Positions 1 through 9,231 of a stretch of DNA of 64,000 nt are shown one piece after another. Both the position numbers and the translations under genes were made by a program. The notes under the pieces were generated by a model, which saw only the letters and a program-made list of their open reading frames with translations, was not told where the DNA came from and made no database searches. Position 1 is the first letter of the stretch; each line of letters begins with the position of its first letter. Source of the stretch: Clostridia bacterium (GTDB taxonomy: Bacteria; Bacillota; Clostridia; Oscillospirales; CAG-272); assembly GCA_017441005.1 (NCBI GenBank), contig JAFSAM010000073.1, positions 7,619-71,618 of the forward strand, written 5' to 3'.

Positions 1-357
1 GTCAACTTCACAATGTCTGCATTTAATCCAACGATCAGGAGAACGATCAGAATTAGAGGTTGCTTCGGTGAGATTCTCGGCGATATGGAAGGACATACCA
101 TCACTGTAACCGAATTCGGTAAAGCTCCCATAACCTATGATACTCAGACAAAAGAGTCAAGCAGAGGCGGTCATGGCGGCGGCGATACCGGACTTATTCA
201 AAGCATCATCGACTTTTTCGGATATGATAAAACATCAAAAGCCGTCACATATATAGATAAATCCATAGAAAGCCACTTTGTTGCTCTTGCAGCCGACTAC
301 TCGCGACTTAACGGCGGGGAGCTTGTCGACATGGAAGAGTGGACAAACAGATTTTAA
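1..357 (+). CDS. Gfo/Idh/MocA-family oxidoreductase, C-terminal part (gene begins upstream of the window)
   Basis: Frame 1 is open from nt 1 (VNFTMSAF...). The visible residues align closely with the C-terminus of the next ORF (NFTMSAF..RTIRIRG..GGHGGGD..YIDKSIESHFVALAA..MEEW.N.F stop), so this is a tandem paralogue. Confidence 0.75.
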   Translation, partial: VNFTMSAFNPTIRRTIRIRGCFGEILGDMEGHTITVTEFGKAPITYDTQTKESSRGGHGGGDTGLIQSIIDFFGYDKTSKAVTYIDKSIESHFVALAADYSRLNGGELVDMEEWTNRF

Positions 358-387
358 AGTATTATATTAAATGGAGGTTTATAGTTT

Positions 388-1683
388 ATGATTACTGTTG
401 CAATTCTCGGAGCCGGAGCAAGAGGCAGAAATGCCTACGGTTTAAAATTCTCGAAATTTCCGGATGACATCAAGGTTGTTGCTGTAGCCGATTTGGATGC
501 AGAAAAGTTAAGGATATGCGGTGATGACCACAACATTCCCGAAAACATGCGTTTTACAAGCGGAGAGGAAATGCTCAAGCAACCTAAACTTGCTGACGTG
601 CTGTTCGTTTGCACACAGGACAGGGACCACTTCGGTCACACAATGGCAGGTCTCGAAAAGGGGTATGACATCGTACTCGAAAAGCCTATCTCTCCTTCAT
701 TGGAGGAATGTAAAGCAATTGCGGAAAAGGCTGCAGAGCTTGGCAGAAAGGTTCTTGTCTGTCACGTTCTCAGATATACCGCCTTTTATACAAAACTTAA
801 AGACCTCATTGATACAAACACGATCGGTGAATTGGTTACCGTGAACGCAGAGGAAGAGGTCGGTTACTGGCACCAGGCTCATAGCTTTGTAAGAGGTAAC
901 TGGAGAAACTCTGTAGAATCAAGTCCCATGATCCTCGCAAAATGTTGTCACGATATGGATATCCTTCTTTGGCTCATCGGCAAGAAGTGCTTGAAGGTAT
1001 CTTCCTTCGGAAGCTTAAAGCATTTTACCGCTGACAACGCCCCCGAGGGTTCTGCAGACCGTTGCTGCAACTGCCCCGAAGAAATCAAGAAGAATTGTAT
1101 CTTTGAAGTTGAAAAATTCTACATAGACGGTCCCATTGGTATTAAAAACGGTTATACGGGATGGCCAAGAAAAGTAGTCGAAGGAAAAGATCCTACTGTA
1201 GAAAACGTCACTGAGGCATTGAGAACAGGACCTTACGGAAGATGCGTTTACAAGTGCGATAACGATGTAGTTGACAACCAGATCGTTAATATGCGACTCG
1301 AGGATAACGTTACAGTCAATTTTACAATGTCTGCTTTTAGTGAGAAGATCAACAGAACCATCAGAATCAGAGGAACAAAGGGCGAGATCGTTGCTGACTG
1401 GGGAAGTGACGAGATCAAGCTTACCGTCTTCGGAAAGAAGCCTGAAATATTCCATCCTAACAATGATGCTTCAGCAGGAACGGGTGATACAGGCGGTCAC
1501 GGTGGCGGAGATATGGGATTAGTCAAGGGTGTTATTTCCTTGTTTGCAAACGGAATCCCCTCAAAATCCACAACTTACATTGACAAATCTATTGAAAGTC
1601 ATTTTGTCGCACTTGCCGCAGAAGAATCAAGACTCAATGATGGCAAAGTGATCGATATGGAAGAATGGATAAATAAATTCTAA
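388..1683 (+). CDS. Gfo/Idh/MocA-family NAD(P)-dependent oxidoreductase (431 aa)
   Basis: N-terminal Rossmann motif ITVAILGAGARGRNAYG and the family EKP motif (VLEKPISPS). GGAGG-like RBS (aatggaggtt) lies 8-9 nt before the ATG. Long C-terminal domain with a Cys-rich stretch (ADRCCNCPEEIKKNC). Confidence 0.85.
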   Translation: MITVAILGAGARGRNAYGLKFSKFPDDIKVVAVADLDAEKLRICGDDHNIPENMRFTSGEEMLKQPKLADVLFVCTQDRDHFGHTMAGLEKGYDIVLEKPISPSLEECKAIAEKAAELGRKVLVCHVLRYTAFYTKLKDLIDTNTIGELVTVNAEEEVGYWHQAHSFVRGNWRNSVESSPMILAKCCHDMDILLWLIGKKCLKVSSFGSLKHFTADNAPEGSADRCCNCPEEIKKNCIFEVEKFYIDGPIGIKNGYTGWPRKVVEGKDPTVENVTEALRTGPYGRCVYKCDNDVVDNQIVNMRLEDNVTVNFTMSAFSEKINRTIRIRGTKGEIVADWGSDEIKLTVFGKKPEIFHPNNDASAGTGDTGGHGGGDMGLVKGVISLFANGIPSKSTTYIDKSIESHFVALAAEESRLNDGKVIDMEEWINKF

Positions 1684-1710
1684 AAAAAGCGAGGTCTTCC
1701 TCGCTTTTTT
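1684..1710 (+). terminator. Intrinsic terminator after the oxidoreductase gene
   Basis: GCGAGG (1689-1694) / CCTCGC (1699-1704) stem with a tctt loop, followed by T6. Confidence 0.8.
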
Positions 1711-1721
1711 ATATTTTGTTC

Positions 1722-1750
1722 TTGAATATAGATGAAAAATCGAATATAAT
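1722..1750 (+). promoter_or_regulatory. Sigma-A-type promoter for cysK
   Basis: TTGAAT (1722-1727), 17-nt spacer, TATAAT (1745-1750), about 30 nt upstream of the cysK ATG. Confidence 0.55.
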
Positions 1751-1780
1751 ATAAATATCAAATCATTCGGAGTGATAACT

Positions 1781-2710
1781 ATGTCAAATATCAAAAAGAA
1801 CTTTACAGAGCTTATAGGCAACACACCGCTGCTTGAGGCGTCAAATTTTGCAAAAAATGTAAACGCACATGCATATATATTGACCAAGCTTGAAAATATG
1901 AATCCAGGCGGAAGCGCAAAAGACAGGGTAGCATTGTCTATGATAGAGGATGCAGAAAAAAAAGGAATACTCAAAGAAGGCTCTGTGATCATTGAGCCGA
2001 CAAGCGGTAATACCGGTATCGGACTTGCCGCTGTAGCAATAGCCAAGGGATATAAAGTTATTTTAACAATGCCCGAGTCAATGTCGATCGAAAGAAGGAA
2101 GCTGCTTAAAGCTTTTGGTGCGGAAATAGTGCTTACAGATGCTTCGCAGGGAATGGCGGGATCTATCAAAAAAGCAAACGAAATCCACGAATCAATGCCT
2201 GACAGCTTTATACCCGGTCAGTTTGACAATCAGTCAAACCCCAATGCCCACAGAAAAACAACAGGTCCCGAAATCTGGAACGACACAGACGGAAACATCG
2301 ATATTTTTATCGCGACTGTAGGAACCGGCGGAACGTTAACAGGCACAGGAGAGTATTTAAAAGAAAAAAATCCGAATATAAAAGTTATAGCAGTAGAGCC
2401 AAAAAGCTCTAATCTTCTGTCGGGAGGCAACGCCGGACCGCATAAGATACAGGGAATAGGTGCGAATTTTATCCCGTCCATTCTGAATACAGAGCTCTAT
2501 GACGAGGTGATTGCAGTAAGCAACGAGGATGCTTTTACATACAGTCGGCTTTTTGCAAAGACCGAGGGTGTACTCGTTGGTATTTCCGCAGGTGCGGCGC
2601 TTTGCGCAGCAGCCGAGGTAGCTGCTCGACAAGAGAACAAAGGGAAAAAAATCGTTTGCGTACTTACCGATACGGGAGAACGATATATTTCTACAGAGTT
2701 ATTCGATTAA
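1781..2710 (+). CDS. cysK: Cysteine synthase A / O-acetylserine sulfhydrylase (PLP-dependent)
   Basis: LIGNTPLL...NPGGSAKDR (PLP lysine block) and TSGNTGIGLA motifs; about 309 aa. The ORF opens at GTG 1772, but ATG 1781 sits 8 nt after GGAG, so it is the preferred start. Confidence 0.92.
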   Translation: MSNIKKNFTELIGNTPLLEASNFAKNVNAHAYILTKLENMNPGGSAKDRVALSMIEDAEKKGILKEGSVIIEPTSGNTGIGLAAVAIAKGYKVILTMPESMSIERRKLLKAFGAEIVLTDASQGMAGSIKKANEIHESMPDSFIPGQFDNQSNPNAHRKTTGPEIWNDTDGNIDIFIATVGTGGTLTGTGEYLKEKNPNIKVIAVEPKSSNLLSGGNAGPHKIQGIGANFIPSILNTELYDEVIAVSNEDAFTYSRLFAKTEGVLVGISAGAALCAAAEVAARQENKGKKIVCVLTDTGERYISTELFD

Positions 2711-3901
2711 TTGAAGTTAGTAAAAAGGGTGATTATTATTAAAAGAGCTTTTATCATTGTACTTGACAGTTTAGGGATAGGCGAGCTTCCCGATGCCGAA
2801 AAATACGGAGACAGCGGAAGCAACACGCTGAAAACGTTACTTGATTCATCTATTCTGGATGTTCCGACTTTGGCAGAAATGGGACTTTTTAATATCGAAG
2901 GAATCGATTATATCAAAAAAACAAACAAGCCCACTGCCGCGTATGCACGTATGGCAGAAAGATCGAACGGAAAAGACACGACCGTGGGTCATTGGGAGAT
3001 CATGGGACTTGTCTCCGAAAAACCGTTTCCCACGTACCCTAACGGTTTTCCGAAAGATATAATAAAAGAATTTGAAAAACAAACCGGCAGAAAAGTATTA
3101 TGTAACAAACCGTACTCCGGAACACAGGTCATTAAAGACTACGGACTCCTGCACGAAAAAAACGGCGATTTGATCGTATACACCTCATCTGACAGCGTTT
3201 TTCAGATCGCCGCCAGGGAAGACATCATTCCTGTTGACTTGCTTTACAGATATTGCAATATTGCCAGGAGCATACTTGTTGGCGAACACGCAGTAGGAAG
3301 AGTAATTGCACGCCCATTTATCGGAAATCACCCTGATTATACAAGAACAGCCAACAGACACGATTTCTCGGTCGTACCGCCTGAAAATACAGCACTTGAT
3401 TACCTTAAGGAAGCGGGTTATGACGTCATATCGGTAGGGAAGATCAATGATATATTTGCAGGCAAAGGAATTACAAAAGCCATCCCTACAGTATCAAATG
3501 CCGACGGCATGGATAAAACAATCAAAATAGCCAAGCAAGATTTTAACGGTCTTTGCTTTGTAAACCTGGTCGAATTCGACTCCCTCTACGGACACAGAAA
3601 CGATGTTGTCGGTTATGTTGGAGCATTAAACGAATTTGACATTCGTTTAAAAGCACTCAAAGAATTGCTGACAAATGATGATATATTGATCATAACCGCC
3701 GATCACGGATGCGACCCGGCAACCGAAAGCACCGACCATTCAAGAGAGTACACACCGATGCTTGTGTACGGAAAGTCGATCAAGCCCTTTAACTTAGGCA
3801 CAAGAGACAGTTTTGCCGATATAGGAAAAACAATACTCGAAATATTCGGCATAGACAACGAACTGAACGGAAAAAGTTTTTTAAAAGAGGTACTTGGATA
3901 A
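2711..3901 (+). CDS. deoB: Phosphopentomutase
   Basis: KRAFIIVLDSLGIGELPDAEKYGDSGSNTL N-terminus and ITADHGCDP metal-site block, both typical of DeoB. True start is uncertain: TTG 2711 has no RBS, and GTG 2729 or an ATT codon at 2732-2738 follows AAAGGGTG. Confidence 0.9.
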   Translation: MKLVKRVIIIKRAFIIVLDSLGIGELPDAEKYGDSGSNTLKTLLDSSILDVPTLAEMGLFNIEGIDYIKKTNKPTAAYARMAERSNGKDTTVGHWEIMGLVSEKPFPTYPNGFPKDIIKEFEKQTGRKVLCNKPYSGTQVIKDYGLLHEKNGDLIVYTSSDSVFQIAAREDIIPVDLLYRYCNIARSILVGEHAVGRVIARPFIGNHPDYTRTANRHDFSVVPPENTALDYLKEAGYDVISVGKINDIFAGKGITKAIPTVSNADGMDKTIKIAKQDFNGLCFVNLVEFDSLYGHRNDVVGYVGALNEFDIRLKALKELLTNDDILIITADHGCDPATESTDHSREYTPMLVYGKSIKPFNLGTRDSFADIGKTILEIFGIDNELNGKSFLKEVLG

Positions 3902-3905
3902 CAGA

Positions 3906-4352
3906 ATGAAAAAGAAGACATTGATCAGAATTATTTTTGCGGTATATTTAGTAGCTTTCATTGCTTTTATATTCAGCAATTCACTTCCTTCGATAGAGGA
4001 ATCTGCACAAACAAGCGGAAAAGCACTTTCTATAATAAACAAAATTCTTGACTTTTTCGGTATACCGACAATGGCAGGTGATTTAATAATCAGAAAAACG
4101 GCACATTTCATTGAATTTTTCATCCTTGGCGCATCCCTCTTCATAAACGCATTACTTTATACCGAATTGGACAAAAACACTGCTTTTTATTGTATTTTTG
4201 CGTCTTGCTTAGTAGCAATGACAGATGAAACGATACAGTATTTTTCCGAAAGAGGATCGATGCTGCTCGATGTCTGGCTTGACCTTTCCGGTGCGACGAC
4301 CGCCATACTGATTTTTTTCTTAATATACAGAAAAAAACAATTATCAAAGTAA
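3906..4352 (+). CDS. VanZ-family membrane protein
   Basis: RKTAHFIEFFILG ... DETIQYFSERGSMLLDVWLDLSG matches the VanZ-like signature; 4 hydrophobic helices. ATG 3906 is preferred over TTG 3894, which overlaps the deoB stop. Confidence 0.75.
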   Translation: MKKKTLIRIIFAVYLVAFIAFIFSNSLPSIEESAQTSGKALSIINKILDFFGIPTMAGDLIIRKTAHFIEFFILGASLFINALLYTELDKNTAFYCIFASCLVAMTDETIQYFSERGSMLLDVWLDLSGATTAILIFFLIYRKKQLSK

Positions 4353-4373
4353 ATTTTTAAGGAGGAAACTGTT

Positions 4374-6587
4374 TTGGACAAGTTTAGGGATTACATACAC
4401 AACAATTTCAAACTTGCACGAAAAAGCGTAACCTTTCATTTCAAGAAATTTGCTCATTTTTTCATTGTTATTTTTATCATACAGTTTTTGTTGAGCACGA
4501 TCACCGTATCATTGCACACAAATAAGCTCAATGCAGAAAACCGGATCAAAGAGCAATACGACTCCCACTGTGTTTTTTACTATATGAACACAAACCAAAA
4601 GTATTATCTTAAAAAGTGTGCAACCTATTACTTTGAAAGCGATCACTTTATCGATATTAAATCAATCAAAGAATACGGAAGTGAAGAGCAATACGACTAT
4701 AAATGCGACGTATCCATTCTGTTCGCCGAGGATCCGGCAGAAGGTCTTGAATATTTCAACCAAAAATATCTCCCTAAGCTTGAAGCGCTGGGGCCTGTAT
4801 ATATGTCAACAACACCTCTCTACGATTTAGAAAATACTCTTTTTAAGTATGATGTTCATTACGGCTTATATTTTTTGATAGCAGTCGTCTTTTCAACGTT
4901 ACTGCTTGGAATTCTTTATATTATTCGCTCCACGGGTTCAGGTTTTGAGTACGGTATCTATACGGCTTTCGGAGCAGACAGAAAAAAACTTTTCAATACC
5001 TCATTCTGGGAGCTTGCCGTCATATCACTTATGACACTTTTACCTGCGATAATATGTTCAGGAATTTTTAATTACGTTCTTGCCGCAAAATCAGGAAATG
5101 TAATATCGATAGGTCTTTGGGACGTTTTTCTTACAGGGTTCTTTACTCTGATAGTTATTACCGCCTCTGTATACATCGCAATAAGCAAGATTGCTCGCAA
5201 GACACCGGTATCTCTTCTTTCTGCCCGCGACAACTCAAACTGGGTACACTCTCCGCGCGTATCCGGTAAAATATTCTCACAAAAAAACACGCTAAAGATG
5301 AGACTGTTGAGTTTTCGCAGATACTGCAAGTACTATGCAACCGTAACCCTGTCCTCCGTGCTGTTTGCGTCACTGTTTCTGTGCGGTGCATACTGCACAC
5401 AGTTGTTTTACGAAAAGCAAGAAACCGTATTCCCGCAATTCAGAGTAACCTATACAGGCAACAACTCTTATTCTGAGGAAGATGCCGAATATTTTTTGAG
5501 TTTTGACGGAATAGTGGGAACATACAAGCAAGAAAGCACCACCGCTATGGAGTTGAACGAGCATATACTCGTACCCAATAGTCGTACAAATCTGACAGCA
5601 GACACCGTTGAATATGACAAATACAGCAGTGCTTTTGATATGGTAAATTATTTCGCTGCCGACAGCGAGGTCGTTAGAAATCTTCAGAAATCAAAACACA
5701 CAGGAGACCTGTCATCCGTTTTAAACAGTCCTGATACGGTAATAATTTCTGACTCGTACAGTAATTCTACTCACTTCGACTTCAATCCGGGTGACACTGT
5801 AAGCATAGCATTTTTCCTTAAAGCACTTTCAGAGCCTGATACTCCAATGCATGGAACCGATTTATTGGAATTCAGACTCGAAAACTATCTTTTTTATTAT
5901 CAAGAAGTCACCATAGGAGCAGTAATTCACGATGAAAGTGCCGAATTTTTATCGTTATATATGTCTCCCGATCTTTATAAAAAAACCACGGGTAAAACGC
6001 CTGAGTATAAAACCGTAGATCTGTATGTCGATAATAAGCTTTCTTCAAAAGAAATCAAACAGCTTTACTCGGACATAATCCGAATTAATCAGCTTCAATT
6101 CAGAAATGCCGATAATTCTGTATACGTATTCACCGAAAATCTCAATACAAGCTTCAATAATACAATGACAAAAACCACCGAGCTGGGCAATAAGCTGCTC
6201 GCGATTTCATTCTTTGTACTTGCATTTTCGGTAATCATCTGGTTCTTCGCACAGATAAGCTTCTATAAAAGGAGAAGTAACGAATATATCTTGCTGAGTG
6301 CGGTAGGCTACTGTCCGAGGGATATCAGAAAGATGTTTTTTACCGATGCTTTGATCCTTTCCATAATGAGCTTAATTCTATATACAGTATTTTCATATAT
6401 ACTCATTTATGCGGTGTATTATATTATGAATTCGTGGTTGTTTGACTATACTGTTAGATACACCTTCAGCATTCCTGTTATTCTTTATTTTGCAGGAGCA
6501 TTTATAACCGTTTTAAGTGCCTTCCTGTCGACATTTATAAACTATACCATATTCAAAAAATCAAAGAATACAGTACCAAACGATTAG
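4374..6587 (+). CDS. ABC transporter permease, duplicated FtsX/MacB-type (about 8 TM, two extracytoplasmic domains)
   Basis: TTG start 8 nt after GGAGG (4361-4365). Two FtsX-like 3-helix bundles (around aa 165-270 and 620-730), each preceded by a TM helix plus a large loop. Followed 15 nt later by its ATPase gene. Confidence 0.85.
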   Translation: MDKFRDYIHNNFKLARKSVTFHFKKFAHFFIVIFIIQFLLSTITVSLHTNKLNAENRIKEQYDSHCVFYYMNTNQKYYLKKCATYYFESDHFIDIKSIKEYGSEEQYDYKCDVSILFAEDPAEGLEYFNQKYLPKLEALGPVYMSTTPLYDLENTLFKYDVHYGLYFLIAVVFSTLLLGILYIIRSTGSGFEYGIYTAFGADRKKLFNTSFWELAVISLMTLLPAIICSGIFNYVLAAKSGNVISIGLWDVFLTGFFTLIVITASVYIAISKIARKTPVSLLSARDNSNWVHSPRVSGKIFSQKNTLKMRLLSFRRYCKYYATVTLSSVLFASLFLCGAYCTQLFYEKQETVFPQFRVTYTGNNSYSEEDAEYFLSFDGIVGTYKQESTTAMELNEHILVPNSRTNLTADTVEYDKYSSAFDMVNYFAADSEVVRNLQKSKHTGDLSSVLNSPDTVIISDSYSNSTHFDFNPGDTVSIAFFLKALSEPDTPMHGTDLLEFRLENYLFYYQEVTIGAVIHDESAEFLSLYMSPDLYKKTTGKTPEYKTVDLYVDNKLSSKEIKQLYSDIIRINQLQFRNADNSVYVFTENLNTSFNNTMTKTTELGNKLLAISFFVLAFSVIIWFFAQISFYKRRSNEYILLSAVGYCPRDIRKMFFTDALILSIMSLILYTVFSYILIYAVYYIMNSWLFDYTVRYTFSIPVILYFAGAFITVLSAFLSTFINYTIFKKSKNTVPND

Positions 6588-6602
6588 AGAGGTGATTAGA
6601 AT

Positions 6603-7316
6603 ATGTACATACTACAAACAGAAGACGTAATAAAACAGTATAAACAGTATGACAGTACCATAAATGCCGTCGACAGAGTATCTTTAAAGGTTGAATTTGA
6701 TGAGTTTATAGCTATAATAGGCGCATCAGGTTCGGGCAAAAGTACACTTTTGAATATTTGCGCAGGTCTTGATGTGCCCGATGCAGGAAAAATATATATC
6801 CGCGGTAACGATATAACGAAAATGAATCCAAACGAGCTTGCAAAGTTCAGAGGACGATTTATGGGTGTAGTCTTCCAGAAGCACAATCTTCTGCCGCAGT
6901 TTACAGCGCTTGAGAATATAGTGATCCCGGCAATTATGTGCGACCAACAGGATTATCGTTATGAAGAACATTTGAAAAAGATCACAAAAGCACTGAAAAT
7001 AGATGACAGATTACACCATCTTCCAAGCGAGCTTTCGGGCGGACAACAGCAAAGAGTGGCCATAGCAAGAGCGCTCATAAACCGTCCGCAAATATTGTTT
7101 GCCGACGAGCCGACGGGAAACCTCGATAAACAAAACGCAAACGAAGTTCTTGAGCTTTTATTGAATCTAAAGCAACAGATCGGTCAAACCTTAATCATTG
7201 TCACCCACGATATGAATATCGCAGAAATGGCAGATAAGATCTACAAAATGGACAACGGCAAGTTGCAGCTTTACAAAGACAGGGACGGCTACAAACGTTT
7301 ATCTCCCGAAGCATAA
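6603..7316 (+). CDS. ABC transporter ATP-binding protein (MacB/LolD-like)
   Basis: Walker A GASGSGKST, signature LSGGQQQRVAIARAL, Walker B ILFADEPTGNLD, H-loop VTHD. Confidence 0.93.
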   Translation: MYILQTEDVIKQYKQYDSTINAVDRVSLKVEFDEFIAIIGASGSGKSTLLNICAGLDVPDAGKIYIRGNDITKMNPNELAKFRGRFMGVVFQKHNLLPQFTALENIVIPAIMCDQQDYRYEEHLKKITKALKIDDRLHHLPSELSGGQQQRVAIARALINRPQILFADEPTGNLDKQNANEVLELLLNLKQQIGQTLIIVTHDMNIAEMADKIYKMDNGKLQLYKDRDGYKRLSPEA

Positions 7317-7317
7317 T

Positions 7318-7348
7318 CAAAAAACACCGCATAAAGCGGTGTTTTTTT
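7318..7348. terminator. Bidirectional intrinsic terminator between convergent genes
   Basis: ACACCGC (7324-7330) / GCGGTGT (7336-7342) stem flanked by an A-run and a T7 run. Confidence 0.8.
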
Positions 7349-7356
7349 CAACTTTA

Positions 7357-9048
7357 TCAGTCAATAGACATATCAAGCTTAAATCTGAGTATCTTACGAA
7401 GAGTATTTTTAGGGAACTCGTCTTTTCTTACTTTTACGATACCGATCTTCTTGTAGGGAACAGCTGTTCTGTTGTATTCGTTTACAAACTCCTGCAAATA
7501 TTTCTCGACGTCTTTAATATTGTTTTTCTCGATATATTCTTTGTCGGGATAGATTTCAGCAACTATCTTATTGTGCTCAACGCCGCGAACGCTCTGACCC
7601 TCGTATACGATAATATCCAAAACACCGGGAACAGCACCTAAAACAGTTTCGATCTCTTCGGGATATACGTTTTTACCGTTTGAAAGTATTATTAGATTCT
7701 TCTTTCGACCGGTAATATGGAGTGCACCGTGTTTATCAAACTTTCCGTAGTCACCCGTTTTAAAGTAACCGTCAGAGGTAAATGCTTCCTCGGTAGCCTT
7801 TTCATCCTTATAGTAACCCAACATAACGTTAGATCCCTTAACGCAGATCTCTCCCTCTCCATCGGAGTTCATATCGTCAAGTCTTACATCGCATATCTCA
7901 AGAGGGAAGCCTACACTTCCGGGAATAACTTTTTTGCTATGGTTAACAGCTATAATAGGAGCACACTCGGTAATGCCGTAACCATTCAACACAGAGATAC
8001 CCACACCGTCGAAAAAGTCCATAATCTCCTGGCTGATAGGTGCACCGCCCGAAATAACCATTTTGGTCTTTCCGCCAAACGCCTCAAGAATTGCCTTGAA
8101 CATACTCTTACGGCGGTCAATACCGATCTTTCTGAGACCGTTACTTGCCTTAATGGCATTCTTAATAAGCTTTTCTTTGCCTTGCTCCTTGATATTAGCC
8201 ATGATCTTTCTATAGAAGGTTTCAAGGTAGAGGGGAACAAGAACAACGTGCTCGGGTTTTTGTTCCTTTAATTCCTTTTGAATATACTTGATACCGGCAG
8301 AAAGATAAATCTCACATCCGATCGAGGTCTGTCCGAGGATGGCAACACTTGATCCGTAGGTATGATGAGGGGGAAGAAGAGCAATCGTCTTTTTACCGAA
8401 GTCTACATATTGAACTACGTCGGAAAGGTCGGAAAGAACAGCTGTTTGGTTAAGCATAACGCCCTTGCCCTTACCTGTAGTGCCAGATGTAAAAACAAGC
8501 AACGAAAGAGCATCAGGATCGGGCTGTGTGCTGAAATACGAAATATCTCCGTTAACTATACGCTTTTTACCGGACTTAATCATCGAGAAAATGGCATCCT
8601 CGCCGTCACCTTCAAGCACGAAAAAGTCTTCGATTCCGTTCTTTTCTTTAATATTCTTACCTTTTTCCAAAATATCGTTTCCTACAAACAGTGTAGTTGA
8701 GTCTGCCTTTTCGATTGTATCCGCAAGGTCATCAACGGTCCATTCGGGATCAAGGGGAACGAGCACAGAACCAATAGAAAGGGTAGCCCAATAAACCAAT
8801 ACCCACTGGTATGTAAGTTTTCCCACAACGGTAATATGCTTTCCTTTGAAACCTCTTGCAATAAACTCTGTTGCAAGGCCTCGTACGTCTTTTCTGAAAT
8901 CCTCGTATTTAACCTTTATAACTTCCTTGTCACGGGGATTGTTTTTATAAGAATAAACATAATCGCCCCTATACATATCAGCGACCCTTTCAACAAGGTC
9001 TTTTACATTTTTAAATTCAACTTTCTCTCTTAATTTTGTGTTTTTCAT
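7357..9048 (-). CDS. AMP-dependent synthetase/ligase (long-chain fatty-acid--CoA ligase-like)
   Basis: AMP-binding signature FTSGTTGKGKGVML, plus GYGITE and GDYG..D..G.L.I.GRKK blocks; 563 aa. Confidence 0.88.
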   Translation of the reverse strand: MKNTKLREKVEFKNVKDLVERVADMYRGDYVYSYKNNPRDKEVIKVKYEDFRKDVRGLATEFIARGFKGKHITVVGKLTYQWVLVYWATLSIGSVLVPLDPEWTVDDLADTIEKADSTTLFVGNDILEKGKNIKEKNGIEDFFVLEGDGEDAIFSMIKSGKKRIVNGDISYFSTQPDPDALSLLVFTSGTTGKGKGVMLNQTAVLSDLSDVVQYVDFGKKTIALLPPHHTYGSSVAILGQTSIGCEIYLSAGIKYIQKELKEQKPEHVVLVPLYLETFYRKIMANIKEQGKEKLIKNAIKASNGLRKIGIDRRKSMFKAILEAFGGKTKMVISGGAPISQEIMDFFDGVGISVLNGYGITECAPIIAVNHSKKVIPGSVGFPLEICDVRLDDMNSDGEGEICVKGSNVMLGYYKDEKATEEAFTSDGYFKTGDYGKFDKHGALHITGRKKNLIILSNGKNVYPEEIETVLGAVPGVLDIIVYEGQSVRGVEHNKIVAEIYPDKEYIEKNNIKDVEKYLQEFVNEYNRTAVPYKKIGIVKVRKDEFPKNTLRKILRFKLDMSID

Positions 9049-9063
9049 AACGGTATTCTCCTG

Positions 9064-9093
9064 TTGACAGTTATTATATGCGTATGATATAAT
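9064..9093 (+). promoter_or_regulatory. Candidate extended -10 sigma-A promoter upstream of the serpin gene
   Basis: TTGACA (9064-9069), 18-nt spacer, TGaTATAAT (9085-9093). This would give a leader of about 130 nt before ATG 9232. Confidence 0.4.
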
Positions 9094-9231
9094 ATTTATG
9101 ATAAGTCTTCACAATTGCATACTGTGCGTATATTATAATACTTTTAGAGCCTAATGTCAATAAAAACACAAAAAGATTTTGATTTGTCAACAAGTTATTT
9201 ATAATTAATTCACACACAGGAGGGAATTATA

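Noticed and set aside
1684-1780. Possible T-box or S-box leader in front of cysK
   Set aside because: Only about 70 nt separate the upstream terminator and the start codon. That space is filled by a promoter and an RBS, and there is no specifier-loop or T-box sequence.
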